From positions 1,054,001 to 1,118,000 of the forward strand of contig JBBPEB010000014.1 of the NCBI GenBank assembly GCA_039096225.1: DNA of 64,000 nucleotides. Direction: 5' to 3'. Made by a program: the position numbers and the translations under genes. The number at the start of each line of letters is the position of its first letter. Position 1 is the first letter of the stretch. Source of the DNA: Blastocystis sp. Blastoise. Its lineage: Eukaryota; Protista; Bigyra: Opalinata. The notes under the pieces are model-generated. The model made no database searches. It had not been told where the DNA came from and saw only the letters and a program-made list of their open reading frames with translations. Of this stretch, positions 32,082 through 48,880 are shown in pieces.

Positions 32082-32586
32082 ATATGCCTCTTAACAATAA
32101 AAATCATATAAATTATCTTCATAGTTGTTATTTTTCACTTTTCCTACATTATTCAATTGTATTCAGTACTCATTTATTTATTTTTCATTTTTTTGTTTCA
32201 TATTTTTTCAACTTTTTCTTTCTTTATTCCTCCTGTCTACTATTTCTTACTTTTTCTCGAACAAAATTAAAAATTGTTTTGATTTTCATTAATAATTTTT
32301 TATATCCTATTTTTATTGATTATCTATGCATCTTCTAAAACAAGATAATCTAAGATAATCATTATTTAACATCATTGATGACATTATTGTTGAATAAAAA
32401 GATGTGTTGATAAAATTCTGCGTAAGGAAGGGACCTACCCTAAACAGCTTTTATTGTGTATATCATACCCACATATACCGAGGAACTGTCTTCATTATTC
32501 GCTTGCATCCTGTAAAAGTTTTTATGATAAAAATTTTTTAAAAATAATATAAAAACATCTATATATTCTCTTTGATACCACAAACC

Positions 32587-35262
<2,676 letters not shown>

Positions 35263-35398
35263 TGATAAGCATTATAATAATCTGACAGTATATTTTAATA
35301 TTGTTTAGTTGTTAATGATATAAAAAAATGAATTTTCAAATTCTTTTAAGGATATTACTTATTTATGAGTACCCTAATTACGAGAAAATATCATGAAT

Positions 35399-35471
35399 GG
35401 GGATGTAGCTCAGATGGTAGAGCGCTCGCTTAGCATGCGAGAGGTAAGGGGATCGATGCCCCTCTTCTCCA
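35399..35471 (+). tRNA. trnA: tRNA-Ala (AGC)
   Basis: GGGGATGTAGCTCAGATGGTAGAGCG CTCGC TT AGC AT GCGAG AGGTAAGGGGATCGATGCCCCTCTTCTCCA folds as a cloverleaf with G3:U70. T-run downstream. Confidence 0.97.
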
Positions 35472-35702
35472 ATATTTTATTTTATTTGTTTAAATTTAAA
35501 TTCACCAATTCTGTTTTCTATTATATACACACTCATATTAATCTATCTTTAAATATATTGTTTACAAGTTATAATACATATAAATAATTTAACTGTATTT
35601 ACATAAATAGATATAACATAAACACATATGTTTTTAAACTGCCTATCTTTTGTTTTTGACCTGAAAATGTGTTATTCCCAAGGGAATATCCATTTGACAA
35701 TT

Positions 35703-35753
35703 GAGATAATTGACTCAGGACGCTCTAAATTGTAAAACTTGACTCAGGACAGT
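35703..35753 (+). repeat. Left TIR, containing two TTGACTCAGGAC direct repeats
   Basis: GAGATAATTGACTCAGGACGCTCTAAATTGTAAAACTTGACTCAGGACAGT, the exact reverse complement of 48830-48880. Confidence 0.97.
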
Positions 35754-38700
35754 GGTCTTCGGTTCATTCTACGAGTGGGGACTTTAAAAATGTTTAAAAA
35801 TAATACTGGGGAAAACTCTATGTTTATTTTTTATTGACTTTTGAAGGGTATTGATGTATTGATGTATATATCTTATATAAGTATCTTTAATATGTATATA
35901 TAGTATAGTATATATAGAAAGAGTGATAAGAATGGTATAAGACGGCATTAACATGGTAAGATGGTAATGGTATTCTATTCTATGGAGTTATGACGTTGTG
36001 TAGTGGCTTTGAATTGCGTTTTTAATGTAGTGGTGAGAATAAGATAGGTATATAAAGAATTAAGTAATTACGATCAATAACCTTAAAATATCTCTATAGG
36101 CTTCTTCTTTATTACGGTCATTCTAGAATGATATACTCTATCATTATATAGGATAGAAAATGAGAATAGTTAGATTCAAAAGAGAATTGGCATCATTGTG
36201 GGTGTTTATGGTTAATTGACTAATAATGTTTTCATATTCAATTAGAATGATGTTCTTGATGCTAATTAATCTATTAAGAAGTTATATATATATATTATGA
36301 ATAAATGGAATTGGATTAGGTGCTGTTATGGGTTAGTTTCTGATTTATCTTATTAATTATGCTAGTATATGTAATTATGGCTATTTATGATTATAGAATA
36401 GTCATATTGGTAATAGTTTATTAGAATTGATCTGGTCAGCATACTATTGGATTCTATGCTATTTGATTGCTATTATACTATTAGAACTCCATTATGATAT
36501 TACTATATATGTTTAATAGATTAAGTATTTAAAAATATGATTATATATGTTGTTTTGTTTAGAATTAATATGTGTAAATAATATAATACACAACAATAAT
36601 ATAACGATACTAAATAGAGTATACTAATAGAAAAATATATATATAAGGTTTTCAGTTATAGAAATAAACACAGAAGAAACTAGGAATATATAAGAAAGAA
36701 GATTTTTAAAACTAAAGAATAAAAAGCGTTTTATAATAATAATAATAATATTAATAATAACTAACTTTATAGAAATTAAAAAGAATAAATATAAAATATG
36801 AATAAGAGCATATTAATAATATATTACGTTTCAATATAGAATGATGTTGAGTAACAATTGTTGTTAAAAAAATATATCTAAGTATAAAGTACAATATATA
36901 CTTTAAATAATATACATAGAATCAATACTAATATCATATATAAAAGAGAGATTACTTCTAGAACTATATATAATGGATATATATAAACCATAAAGTGTGT
37001 AAAATACTCAGAATAATAATATGAATAATGAAGAAAGAAGTATAAGGAGACTCTATATATATCAAGTAGATAGTAATAATATATATTATTTATTGTATAT
37101 AATTATGTATATATCCTAGTATATATATAATAATATATATAGAATAATATATATAGTATATACGTAAATAATAGTTATCTAAATAACAAATAATTACTAT
37201 TATATATATATCAAGTATATAATAAATGCTCATAGTATTTGAAATCAAATTAAAATATAAATAAACCAATTACTATAGACATAACATAATAGAGTATATG
37301 TAATTAAATTATTATATGTATACAATTAATACTCATGACATTATATATAATATAAATATATACTTAAGTAGATACACCAAAAGCACTATAGATATAATTT
37401 AAGTATCAAACATATTATATATTTCTTTAGTAGTATAACCTTATCTATATAAAAATATATTTTATAAACCATATATAATACACAAAGTAGAATATACAAT
37501 GTATATATTAAATATAAAAGTTATTGTATAATAGAAAGAGAATATAGAATAGTACATATAGTATATATATACTATTATATATATTCTATGTTGTATATAT
37601 CTAAACATAAGATTGATTTATCAATATGATAATGAATCATTGAAAACCTATAAAATATTAAAAAGAGAAATATATATAGTATACCTTACAGTTATAGTAT
37701 ATATTGTGTAGATAGATGAATAAAGTAGCAGAGTATAAGCGTATTAATGGTTCTCTTTTCTATTTTACTTTTTCATGTACAATAAACCAGAAAGAGTAAA
37801 AGAAATATAAGTATATTATAATATCTTATCAACGAAGGATAAGCCATATAATACTCAGATCTGATATTTATATATTATTAATTCTATAAAAAGATAAAAT
37901 TAAATATATAATAATATGAAATTAAAATAAAAGTTATAAATAATCAATACAATATAATCTAATAAATATATATATATATATATAATATTAATGTAATAAT
38001 TCTTATATACTATATATTATTTATACATTTTCTAGTGGAACAACTATGTAGACACATACTAAATATACACTCATATTATCTAAACCAGACACAGCATATA
38101 TTCCATGTTGATCACTGACATACTATATAATGATATTACTATCTATATTTTTTATATCAATATCAGTATAGATATAATATATATATATTTAGTATGTATA
38201 ACATATATACTTTCAATATAATCCATGATACTGCTACTATATATTATATACTATATATTAAATTATATTATATTTATATTATTCAAATATATTAATAAAT
38301 AAAGTTAATATTTATATACCTTCAAATGATACTTTTTGTTATTATTTAGAATAAGAATTGAGTTACTATGTGAATCAGGAAGGAAGCCATTATAACTAAT
38401 CTAATAGTGAAATGATATATATAAGTTGAAGAGAGTCGATGAAGATGAGAAAGATATATTTGATTGTATCTATATATAGATAATATATTAATAACATAAA
38501 CAATAAAAGTTTATTGGATAAGAAATTATAATAATATATATATATATATATAATATAGTGACTATATACAATAAATTAATATAGAATAGTATCCTTATAA
38601 ATCTGCTTATAATCACCAGTAACTATATAAGTATATTGTTTAGGATCTATATAATATAATAATATCAATATGATTATATAATAGAATTCTTAAAGCATCA

Positions 38701-41074
38701 AACTTATATAAGTTAATATGGAATAATAATAATATAAATTATTTATATACAATATAGAGTAGTTAAAAAAGGACTTTAAATAGTAGTAGGAAACAATACT
38801 AATCCATAATATATAATCATCTAAGTTTATTCCATTAACACTATATATATAATAGTAAGTACTTAATAAAGATAAAGTATAATATATATATATATATATT
38901 TAGCAAATATTATAAGAATAAATACTATACATATTATGTTATATATAGAGTATATGCTTATATATATATACTTGAATAACCCATTCTTAAATATAAACCT
39001 ATCCTTAAGAATATAGTTAACGTATTCTATACCTATATAATGATATGTAATATATATATATATATAATTATATGAAAAATAATTATAAAAAGAAAAGTAA
39101 ATATATATTGAACTATACAAATAATAATATAGAACATAAGCAATAGACTAGAATAGAATAATATACATAAATATAAGCTTCTCAATATGAATAGGAACAG
39201 AAGGAGAGACTAGTAACTATAGCTATCTTATTGAGTACCTAAGATAGTTCTACTTATTCTGTATATATAAGAAAAACTATAAAACTATATAGAGTATTTA
39301 TATATATATTAATAGATGAAATATGAAAATCTATAATATCTACATAAAAAGATAAGAAAAACTATAGGTATAGGAATAGTAGTCATATATATACCTCTAT
39401 AGGTAATAGAGACAACTGAAGATCTTTCATAATACATAATAAACAAGAGATTATATTCAATTTGAACTATATACATATAATACATGATATATAAATAAGA
39501 AATATACAATGAAAATAGAATTTATAACATTATAAATAATTCAAAGAACTTATTAAAAAGAATTTATATACATAACTATTAACACTGGTGAGAATATAAA
39601 TAGAAAAAAGAAGGCCATTTGTACTATATAGAAACAGCTTTATATATATATATATATATATAAATACGTATAAATACAAAAGTTATATTAAACTAATGTG
39701 CACCAAATATATTAGGTTTTATAATGATTCTTTGAATAGAATAATAGATACCAAATAAATACCACTTCATGTAGTACCATCTCTTCTGAAAGTTTTTCTA
39801 AATATATATATAGATAGATACGAATCATAAAATAATAGATAATTTATTAATAGAGAAGTAATCTAAAATATCTAGAGAATAATTATTACTTTATATAATA
39901 CCTGACTAATCATAAATGTTTTTATATAAATAAATTATAAGCATTCTTAAACAACAAGCAGGTAGAAATATCTATATTTGTATAATATAACCTATATATA
40001 TGTTTAAATATAGATATAAATATCTATAAACTTTAATATAAATATATCTATACATATTAATATAAAAATATTAATAATCTAACCAAAACATGAATATATC
40101 ATCATCTATATATATATATATATACTCTAGTATAATTACTATGAATATTCTAATATATATATACTTTAATATAAATATATATACTTTTATATAAGTAAAT
40201 CTATATATCATTTTACTGCATCTATTTATACATATAGTTTAATATAACTTTATCCATATATATTTTAATATATATATATATATATAAATATCCTTTACTA
40301 CATATATAATTTATTATATCTATATATATATTCTTTAATATTAATTTATACATATACTTTAACATAACTATTCTTATATGTACTTTAATATAACTATATA
40401 CATATATATTTATCTAGATATGTATGTTTTGCTATATAATTTAACTATATATATATTAATATACTATATACATTAATATAAATAAACATTTTTATAACTA
40501 TATACATATATATATAAATATATATATATTTACTTGAATATCACTTTCTCTACACTTAATAGTTTTGTAATTGACTCAATCTATATATATATATACTTTA
40601 GTATAGCTATATATATACTTTGATGTATCTATAAATGATATATTTAAATATAGTTATATAAAAAATTAAATATAAATATATACTATAATATATCTAGAAT
40701 AACTAGAAATGAGTTAAATTTCTAATGTCCTAATCTATTATCTTCCAAATAACAGGAGAGTATATAATTAATATAAGTTGTATCATGTTTCTAAGAAGGA
40801 TAAAAGATTAAAACATATTTATATATAATATATATATATAATAAAATAATAGAAAACACTCTAAAAACTAAATAGAAAGTAAAAAATGACTAAAGAAGAA
40901 TATATATACTTAATATATTGCAATTCATTCTTATTAAAAGATTTAAGAATAATAAATGCCTAACATATGAAGAATACTATAGAAAAAATAAAATATAATA
41001 TAATATTTAAATAAAATAATATTTAAAGAATAAAGCACTTAAAATTAATCATTCAATATATAATATATATATAC

Positions 41075-41870
41075 TTGTTAATAAAATCCATTTGTTTACT
41101 AATTCTAACCTCTATAACACCTCTTGACCCAATAATAGTCTGTAATTAGCCAATTGAGAAAAGAAAGTCTTCAATTTCGTAGATTTATAAATTTTTTGTC
41201 TTCTATATAATATAAATACAGTCATGATAAGAAATAAATAACAGAATACCTTTAAAGGCCAAAGTTAATCTGAAATCTGATTTTGTTAACAATATTAAGA
41301 CCTGGAAAGCACTAATTCTTCCAAATGAACCCATTCTGAATTTGCAAGAATCGCTGATCGCTCTATAGAAACAAATTACTTTACAAGATCAATGAAGATT
41401 AGTAAATAAAAATACTTCTGACAGATTCCATCATTAGATATAATATCTCTAAATAAGAAAATATAATAGATATAGAATAAAAATAAATAAATAATGACTT
41501 ACAAGAACAATCTATTTTTTGTATATAATAATTTTTTGTTTTGTGAAAATAGTACATCGAAGCAATCATGTTTAGGTAACTCTCTGGTTAGGGTACAACA
41601 GTTTAGGAAATAAACTTTACCATTCATAATCGTTTTTTGTAAATCTATAATAGAGTTAAATATTTAACTATATTTATATATCTAGCAACATACCCTTTCA
41701 GAATTCATTAATCATAAGCTTCTTCAACAGCATTATGATTTTTGGCAATGTATTCATTTCTATTCTATCTCTATCCTTGCACATCAACTGGAGGTGTCCC
41801 TAACCCTCAATATGTTACATTTCCATGGATCTCAACTTTTCCAATAAATTCACCAGAATGTTTGTAACTA
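41075..41870 (-). pseudogene. Second multi-exon gene relic inside the MULE
   Basis: GC-richer blocks bounded by AG/GT (e.g. LQKTIMNGKVYFLNCCTLTRELPKHDCFDVLF; YKHSGEFIGKVEIHGNVTY*GLGTPPVDVQG*R*NRNEY) with in-frame stops. Confidence 0.45.
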
Positions 41871-43199
41871 AAGACAATTAAACATAATAAGCAAATAAAA
41901 TATACTATAAATGAGTAGACACATTCAACCAATAATATATTAAGGCTTTTAAAGCACTTTGGGACGACTATTAAATCAAATACAAAATATGAAGTGAAAA
42001 TATTTTAATTTTTGGCTTATTTTTTTTGAAATTCAAGAATTAAGTAAAATATACTATAGTAATTAAACTATTATGTTTAAATTGTAATAAAAATTAATTA
42101 TATATTTTATTATGTCTATTTAGTATAGATCATACCTTCTAGGTCATACTGTCCTTCTTAATTTGTGGATATTGGCTTTCCAAAACACAATTTGGCTTGT
42201 CTGGTATATTTTATTCTCTTTATTATTGCTATCCAGTCTACCAAACATCTACTATAGGATAAACAAACAGATTAACATATTCAATATTCAACATTCTTAA
42301 CAAATCATTTACATGTTGGCAAACAGTCACTCAGAACTACTCTCCAATGGATTTGATCAATTACAAATTACATTTCAAACTGATGTAGCCAATGTTTATG
42401 AAATACTTACACATTGGTTGATTTGGTGAAACTCAAAGATTTCCAAATACAACATTTAATTTGTTAAATGCATTAGATCTTCTATCTTCTTGGATTTAGA
42501 GTATATATTATTCTTTCTTTTCACTTTTTATCTGCAATCTATTTTTAATTTGTTTTTTTAAGTTGTTATTTTTAATATTATATATTGTATTTTATCTATA
42601 GTATGAGATGAAACGTTTATTATTCACTGGTGTCTTATTTATAGTATATATATTATTATTATTTGTTTAGTATTGTATATATTAATGTACTTGATATATA
42701 TAGTTCTTCATTTATGGTAAAAAAAGACTAATTATAGATAGTATTATATTAAATTATGTAAATAATATTTGAGATAGGATATTGATGGTTTTCTGTGTCG
42801 TTAATATATATATATAATCTTATTTTGTCAAAATATATTAAATGAAAACTTATTCTCTTGTATATATATATATATATATATATTTATTTATGTTCGTTTA
42901 TTGTTATAGAATATTGAATGTTATTGTTTATTGATATATAGGAAGAAAGATTTAAGAATGATGAACTCAACAAGAATAAAAATAATAGGTTATATATATG
43001 GAAAGTATGTAATATAATTTTGAATATAATTATTGAATAAATAAAAAATGTTTATATATATATATATATATAATAAATGAGTATCATAAAAATAGATTTA
43101 AATAAGATATATATGAATAATACTATGATAATTAGTTAAATTAGATACATATTTGTTTATAGTATTAGAGATAATATGGAAAATAATATTGATAAATGA

Positions 43200-43404
43200 T
43201 TAATCAAAACGAGTCATTTTAACCTGGTCTTCAAGTGGTATGGTACGTTTCACATGAGGAACCTTTTTATACTTCTTATTCATAGCCTCTTCTGCCTTTC
43301 TCTTTCGTCTAATAGTGACAGGCTTACCTTTTGACTGCAGAGCATAAAGAGGCTTCAGAATCTTACAACATGGCGTTTGTGACAATATCTCGTTATCAAT
43401 GAAA
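43200..43404 (-). other. Isolated intact terminal exon inside the MULE (basic, NLS-like)
   Basis: TATATAG acceptor ending at 43405, then FIDNEILSQTPCCKILKPLYALQSKGKPVTIRRKRKAEEAMNKKYKKVPHVKRTIPLEDQVKMTRFD*. Confidence 0.45.
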
Positions 43405-43469
43405 CTATATAGTATTAGCTAATAGTATATATAGTATGTTTATTATATTTATATATATATATCATATAT

Positions 43470-45950
43470 GGTATAAATGATATAGATGATATATAGATAG
43501 TATATTGATGATAAATAGAAGGAATAAATTATATATAGATAATATAGATAATATAGATAATATAGATAATATAGATTATATAGATAATATAGATAATATA
43601 GATAATATAGATAATATAGATAATATAGATAATATAGATAATATAGATGATATAGATGATAGATGATAGATGATATAGATGATATAGATAATATAGATGA
43701 TATAGATAATATAGATGATATATAGAAGGAATAAATTGTATATATAAATGATATAAGATGATATAGACAATATATATATGATATAGATGATACATAGATG
43801 ATATAGATGATATAGATGATATAGATGATATAGATATAGTGATATAGATGATATAGATGATATATAGATAATATATAGATGATATAGATATAGATAATAT
43901 ATAGATATAGATGATATAGATAGCATATAGATAGTATAGATGATATAGATAATATAGATGCTATAAATGATATAGATGATATAGATGATATAGATGATAT
44001 AGATGATATAAATAATATATAGATAATAAATAGATAATATAGATGATATATAGATGATATATAGATGATATATATAAATAATATAGATAATATAGATAAT
44101 ATAGATGATATAGATGATATAGATGATATAAATAATATATAGATGATATATATAAATAATATAGATAATATAAATGATATAGATGATATATAGATATATA
44201 TAGATGATATATATATGATGTATAGATGATATAGATGATAATATAAATAATATAGATAATATAAATGATATATAGATGATATAAATGATATAGATGATAA
44301 TATATAGAAGAAATAGTACTATATATATGATATATAGATATATAGGATAATATAGATAATATAGATAATATAGATGATAAAAATAATATATAGATGATAT
44401 AGATAATATATTAGGAGGAACAGATAGTATGGATAAATGATATAAGATAATATAGATAATATATAGATAATATATAGATAATATAGATAATATAGATAGT
44501 ATATAATATAGATAATATATAGATAATATACATAATATAGATAGTATATAATATAGATAATATATAGATAATATAGATGGTATATAGATGATAATATATA
44601 GGAATAGATAGTATGTATAGAAGAAATAGATATTATATATAGATTATATAGATGATATAGATTATATAGATGATAAATAGAAGGAATAGATTATATATAT
44701 AGATAATATATAAATGATAAATGGATTACTTATGGAAGAAATAGATGATATATAGATATTATATGGATTCAATATAGATGGAATAGATTATATATGTAAT
44801 GAATAGATAAATGAAGGAATAGATGGTATATAGATAATATATATAGTATATAGATAATATATATAGATAATATATATATGATATATAGTAATATATACAT
44901 AATAATCGGAATAGATAATATAATGAAGAAATATATTATCTATAAAATGAATAAATAATATATATATAATATGTAGATGGTATATAGATGTATATGGATA
45001 TATTGAAATATCGATAATTAATAGAAGGAATAGATGATATATAGATAATAGATAGAAAGAATAAATGATATATATAGTATATAGATAGACATAAATAATA
45101 TATATATATATAATATAATACTATATAAATGATATATAGATAATAGATACAAGTAATAGATAATATATATACGATATATAGATGATACATATATGATTTA
45201 TAGAGGAATAGATTGTAAATAGAATGAATACATGATATATAGATAATATATAAATGGTATATATATGATATATATGATATATAAATGATATATAGATAAT
45301 ATATAGATAAAATATAGATGATATAAAGATGATATATATTGATATTATATATGTGATATATATAGAAGGAATAGATGGTATAAAGATAATATATAGAAGA
45401 AATAGATAATACATAGAATGAATAGATGGTATATAGATAATATATAGAATGAATAGATAATACATAGAATGAATATATGATATATAAATGATATATAGAT
45501 TATATATAAAATATATATAGATAACATATATATAATATATAGAAATTATGTATATGATGTATATAGAATGAATAGATGATATATATATGATATATAAATG
45601 ATACATAAATGGTTATAGGTAATATATATATGACATATAGATAATATATATAATATATAGAAATTATGCATATGATGTATATAGGATGAATCGAAGGTAT
45701 ATAGATAATACATAGAAAGAATAGATCATATATAGATGATATATAGTAATATATAGTAATATATAGATATAGATGGTATATATATAGATAATATATAGAT
45801 GATATATATAGATATTATATATGTGATATATATAGAAGGAATAGATGGTATAAAGATAATATATAGAAGGAATAGATAATACATAGAAGGAATAGATGAT
45901 ATATAAATGATATATATAAATGGTATATATATAATGTATATATAAATTAT
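43470..45950 (+). repeat. Degenerate 9-bp satellite (ATAGATAAT/ATAGATGAT)n with higher-order duplications
   Basis: Long perfect runs at ~43535-43700 and ~43790-44130. A ~100-bp block at ~45331 is repeated at ~45801. Confidence 0.9.
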
Positions 45951-46585
45951 ATGATATATTATATATATATGTAAAATGATATGAGGATATATATAAAGAT
46001 GTAGATGAGTTATATATTGATGTATATGGTCTTTAGATTCATCTGTGATATAATGTTATATATATAATATATATATTCTATATATAGTATATATAGTACT
46101 TATATAGAATATATATGTTATATAGAATATATAAATAGTCCTTATATAGCATATATATATTATATAGAATATATAGTATATATATAACCAATATACATAA
46201 AGATATATATAACTTGTATTATAAAGATGCTAAATTATTATAACTACGAAGAGATATTATTTTTTTATGTAAAACCATTCTATATACTAGTTATATATAT
46301 CTTTATGTATATAGGTTATATCTATACTATATATACTATATATCATATATATATGTTCCATATAAGTACTATATATACTCTATATAATATATATATTCTA
46401 TATAAGTATTATAATATAGAATATATACTATATATACTATATATAGTACTAATATAGAATATATATATTATATATATAACATTATGTCACAAATACATTC
46501 AAAAACCATATACATCAATATATAACTCATCTACATCTTTATATATATCCTTATCATTACATATATATATATATTATATATCATA
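45950..46585. repeat. ~630-bp imperfect palindrome (foldback)
   Basis: 45984-46030 is the exact reverse complement of 46505-46551 (47 bp). Pairing continues inward (~46183-46213 vs ~46289-46320), leaving a ~50-bp loop. Confidence 0.88.
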
Positions 46586-46592
46586 TATATAC

Positions 46593-48678
46593 CTGTAATG
46601 ACAAGAGCTACACTACTGAGACCCATGAAAGACCACAAAGAAGGATTACTGATGGAGATAGAGTTAATAGACTTATGTTACCTACTATCATGGTATACTA
46701 TGATAACAAACGAAGATCCTTAGGTATACTGTGACTATTCAAAGCTATTTCATTATTGGTTTTCTATTTACCAAATAACATGAAGAATACTTAATTATTT
46801 ATATTCATTTTATTAACTACTTCTATTATTAAAACATTATAACTATATAAATTTTCATTAAGTATAATATTAGTAACAGCATAATGAATATAGTTGTAGT
46901 TGATTCTAGGAAATCTCTCTCTTATCCTCTTCTTAGCTTAACCTATAGATATGGTCTTAAATTCTGAATGACTCTTTAATAATTCAGAACAAATGTATCA
47001 TTTAATGGATCAGAGAGCATTAGTTTATATTCTGTTTTTATAAAGACTATATTAATTGTATAAGTAGATTGATCCAATAATGATTAACATTTTTTTATGT
47101 CAACAGTATATACAATTTCTGTATTTATTAATAAAGCTTGAATCATATCATTTGCCATATATCTCTTCACTAATATCGTTTTTCTCTTCATCTATATAAT
47201 CTTCATGTTGAATATAATTAATAGAAGCTATATTATTTTTATCTCTATTATTTAGAGTCTGTAGAAGATTATCTATGTATTCTCAACAAGTAATATCATC
47301 TGAAGAAGTAAACACATGGCTTTTATTAATTAATTCTTCTTCATCTTTTGTTAAATTATCATCTATATCTTGTTCTATATATATTTCCTCTACTATGTCA
47401 AAAGTATTTATTTTACTAAAACTTTGATTATTCATTTGTTTCATGAATATTTTTTTCAGATTTTGAGAAGTTTTACATTCTTCTTGAGTTATTGTAATAG
47501 AAGTATAATTAGAATTTATACTATCATTAGTATCATTTGTTTGATTATTGATTGAATCTGATATCATATCTTTATAGTAGTCATATGATGATTCTCTTAT
47601 AGTATTATGTTTAAATAATTCTATATAATCAGCATCATATTTTGAACATTTCTATAAAAATATTATGTTAATAATAATAGTTATTACATTTATTAATTTA
47701 ATAATATATATAACATATATAATATATAATAATATATAATAATATATAATAATATATAGTAATATATAATAATATATAATAATATATAGTAATATATAAT
47801 AATATATAATAATATATAATAATATATAATAATATATAATAATATATAATAATATAAAATATATAAAATTATATATAATAATATAAAATTATATATAATA
47901 ATATATAATAATATAAAATTATATATAATAACATACAATAATATATAATAATATATAATAATATATATAATAATATATAATAATATAAGTAATATATAGT
48001 AATATATAGTAATATATAGTAATATATAGTAATATATAATAATATATAATAATATATAACAATATATAATAGTATTTCTATAATAATATATAACAGTATA
48101 TAATAGTATTTCTATAATAATAAATATAATAATAATAACTATTTTATAAAATACATTTATATCTTGAAAATGATAGTATTCCAGGTGATAACCATCATCG
48201 TAAAAATTATATTGATAGACGCAATTACATTCCTGAATGGGACAACGGTATCTAACAGAGGTTTCCGACACTCTCTCTATTATAACACTTTGACCATTAA
48301 CACTTGAGTAGTAGCGAACAAATATATCTATTTCTTGTCGTGAATGGAACACATCATTAAACCCAAAATGTTTTGAACACGCAATATTTGTTAAAATAAC
48401 ATTGATATAGTCATCATCTTTGTCATAAAACCCATTACAATTGTTTTGAGCTACCCACGACACATAATCAGTAACATAATTGGACGGGACTCGTATAAAA
48501 GATGCTTTCGTTAAAGGATTTATTACTCTGGTGTCTTTTGATCGTTTCTAAAAGGTTTATTGACTAAATAAAACGTTCTGACAGTAATCATATTGTGAAT
48601 CTGTTTGATAAACTTATTAAAATTCATACTTTGAACTCTGTCAACTATTGCATTATAAATCTCGTCATAAGACTCCAT
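46593..48678 (-). pseudogene. Degenerate MULE transposase-like gene (intact 5' exons, 12 in-frame stops downstream)
   Basis: MESYDEIY...NMIT, 35-nt intron, then KRSKDTRV...FGFNDVFHSRQEIDIFVRYYSSVNGQSVIIERVSETSVRYRCPIQECNCVYQY, resembling the MuDR/FAR1 WRKY-like DNA-binding domain. The third exon stays in one frame through 5 TGA, 4 TAA and 3 TAG. No DDE triad could be identified by eye. Confidence 0.65.
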
Positions 48679-48829
48679 AACACTCGTCAACAACGTCAAA
48701 TATAGAATAATTAATATAAACAAAGAATTGTGTATTTTTTCCCCTTAATTATTTTCTCTATAATTTACAACAATAAAAACACTGCCATTTTGTCAAGTTT
48801 ATCGCGGTAATAATAGTACTCAAAAATAG

Positions 48830-48880
48830 ACTGTCCTGAGTCAAGTTTTACAATTTAGAGCGTCCTGAGTCAATTATCTC
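48830..48880 (-). repeat. Right TIR
   Basis: ACTGTCCTGAGTCAAGTTTTACAATTTAGAGCGTCCTGAGTCAATTATCTC followed by the TSD TTTGACAATT. Confidence 0.97.

Larger units (their letters stand above)
35703..48880. mobile_element. 13.2-kb Mutator-like (MULE) DNA transposon, probably non-autonomous
   Basis: Perfect 51-bp TIRs (35703-35753 and 48830-48880). 10-bp TSD TTTGACAATT at 35693-35702 and 48881-48890. G...C termini. MuDR-like DNA-binding domain encoded near the right end. Confidence 0.9.

Noticed and set aside
35393-35587. 64-aa ORF MNGDVAQMVERSLSMREV…
   Set aside because: It is a translation of the tRNA-Ala gene.
42300-42470. Integrase H2C2-like motif (HLHVG…YISN*CSQC)
   Set aside because: Needs three stops read through, while an overlapping frame is open and equally protein-like. 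No other retroelement signs.
43470-44200. CRISPR-like or telomeric array
   Set aside because: No unique spacers, eukaryotic context, internal position and degenerate units.
43529-46457. Ile/Tyr-rich ORFs
   Set aside because: Artefacts of the satellite and TA repeats.
43330-46640. SWIM-like zinc finger (CSSC…PCCK) formed by joining 46593 to 43404
   Set aside because: Requires a different frame from the upstream exon and lacks the SWIM His, so it is not supportable.
46593-47285. Alternative genetic code (TAR=Gln or TGA=Trp) in the transposon gene
   Set aside because: All three stop types occur, the 5' exons have none, and host genes use the standard code. Mutational decay explains it better.
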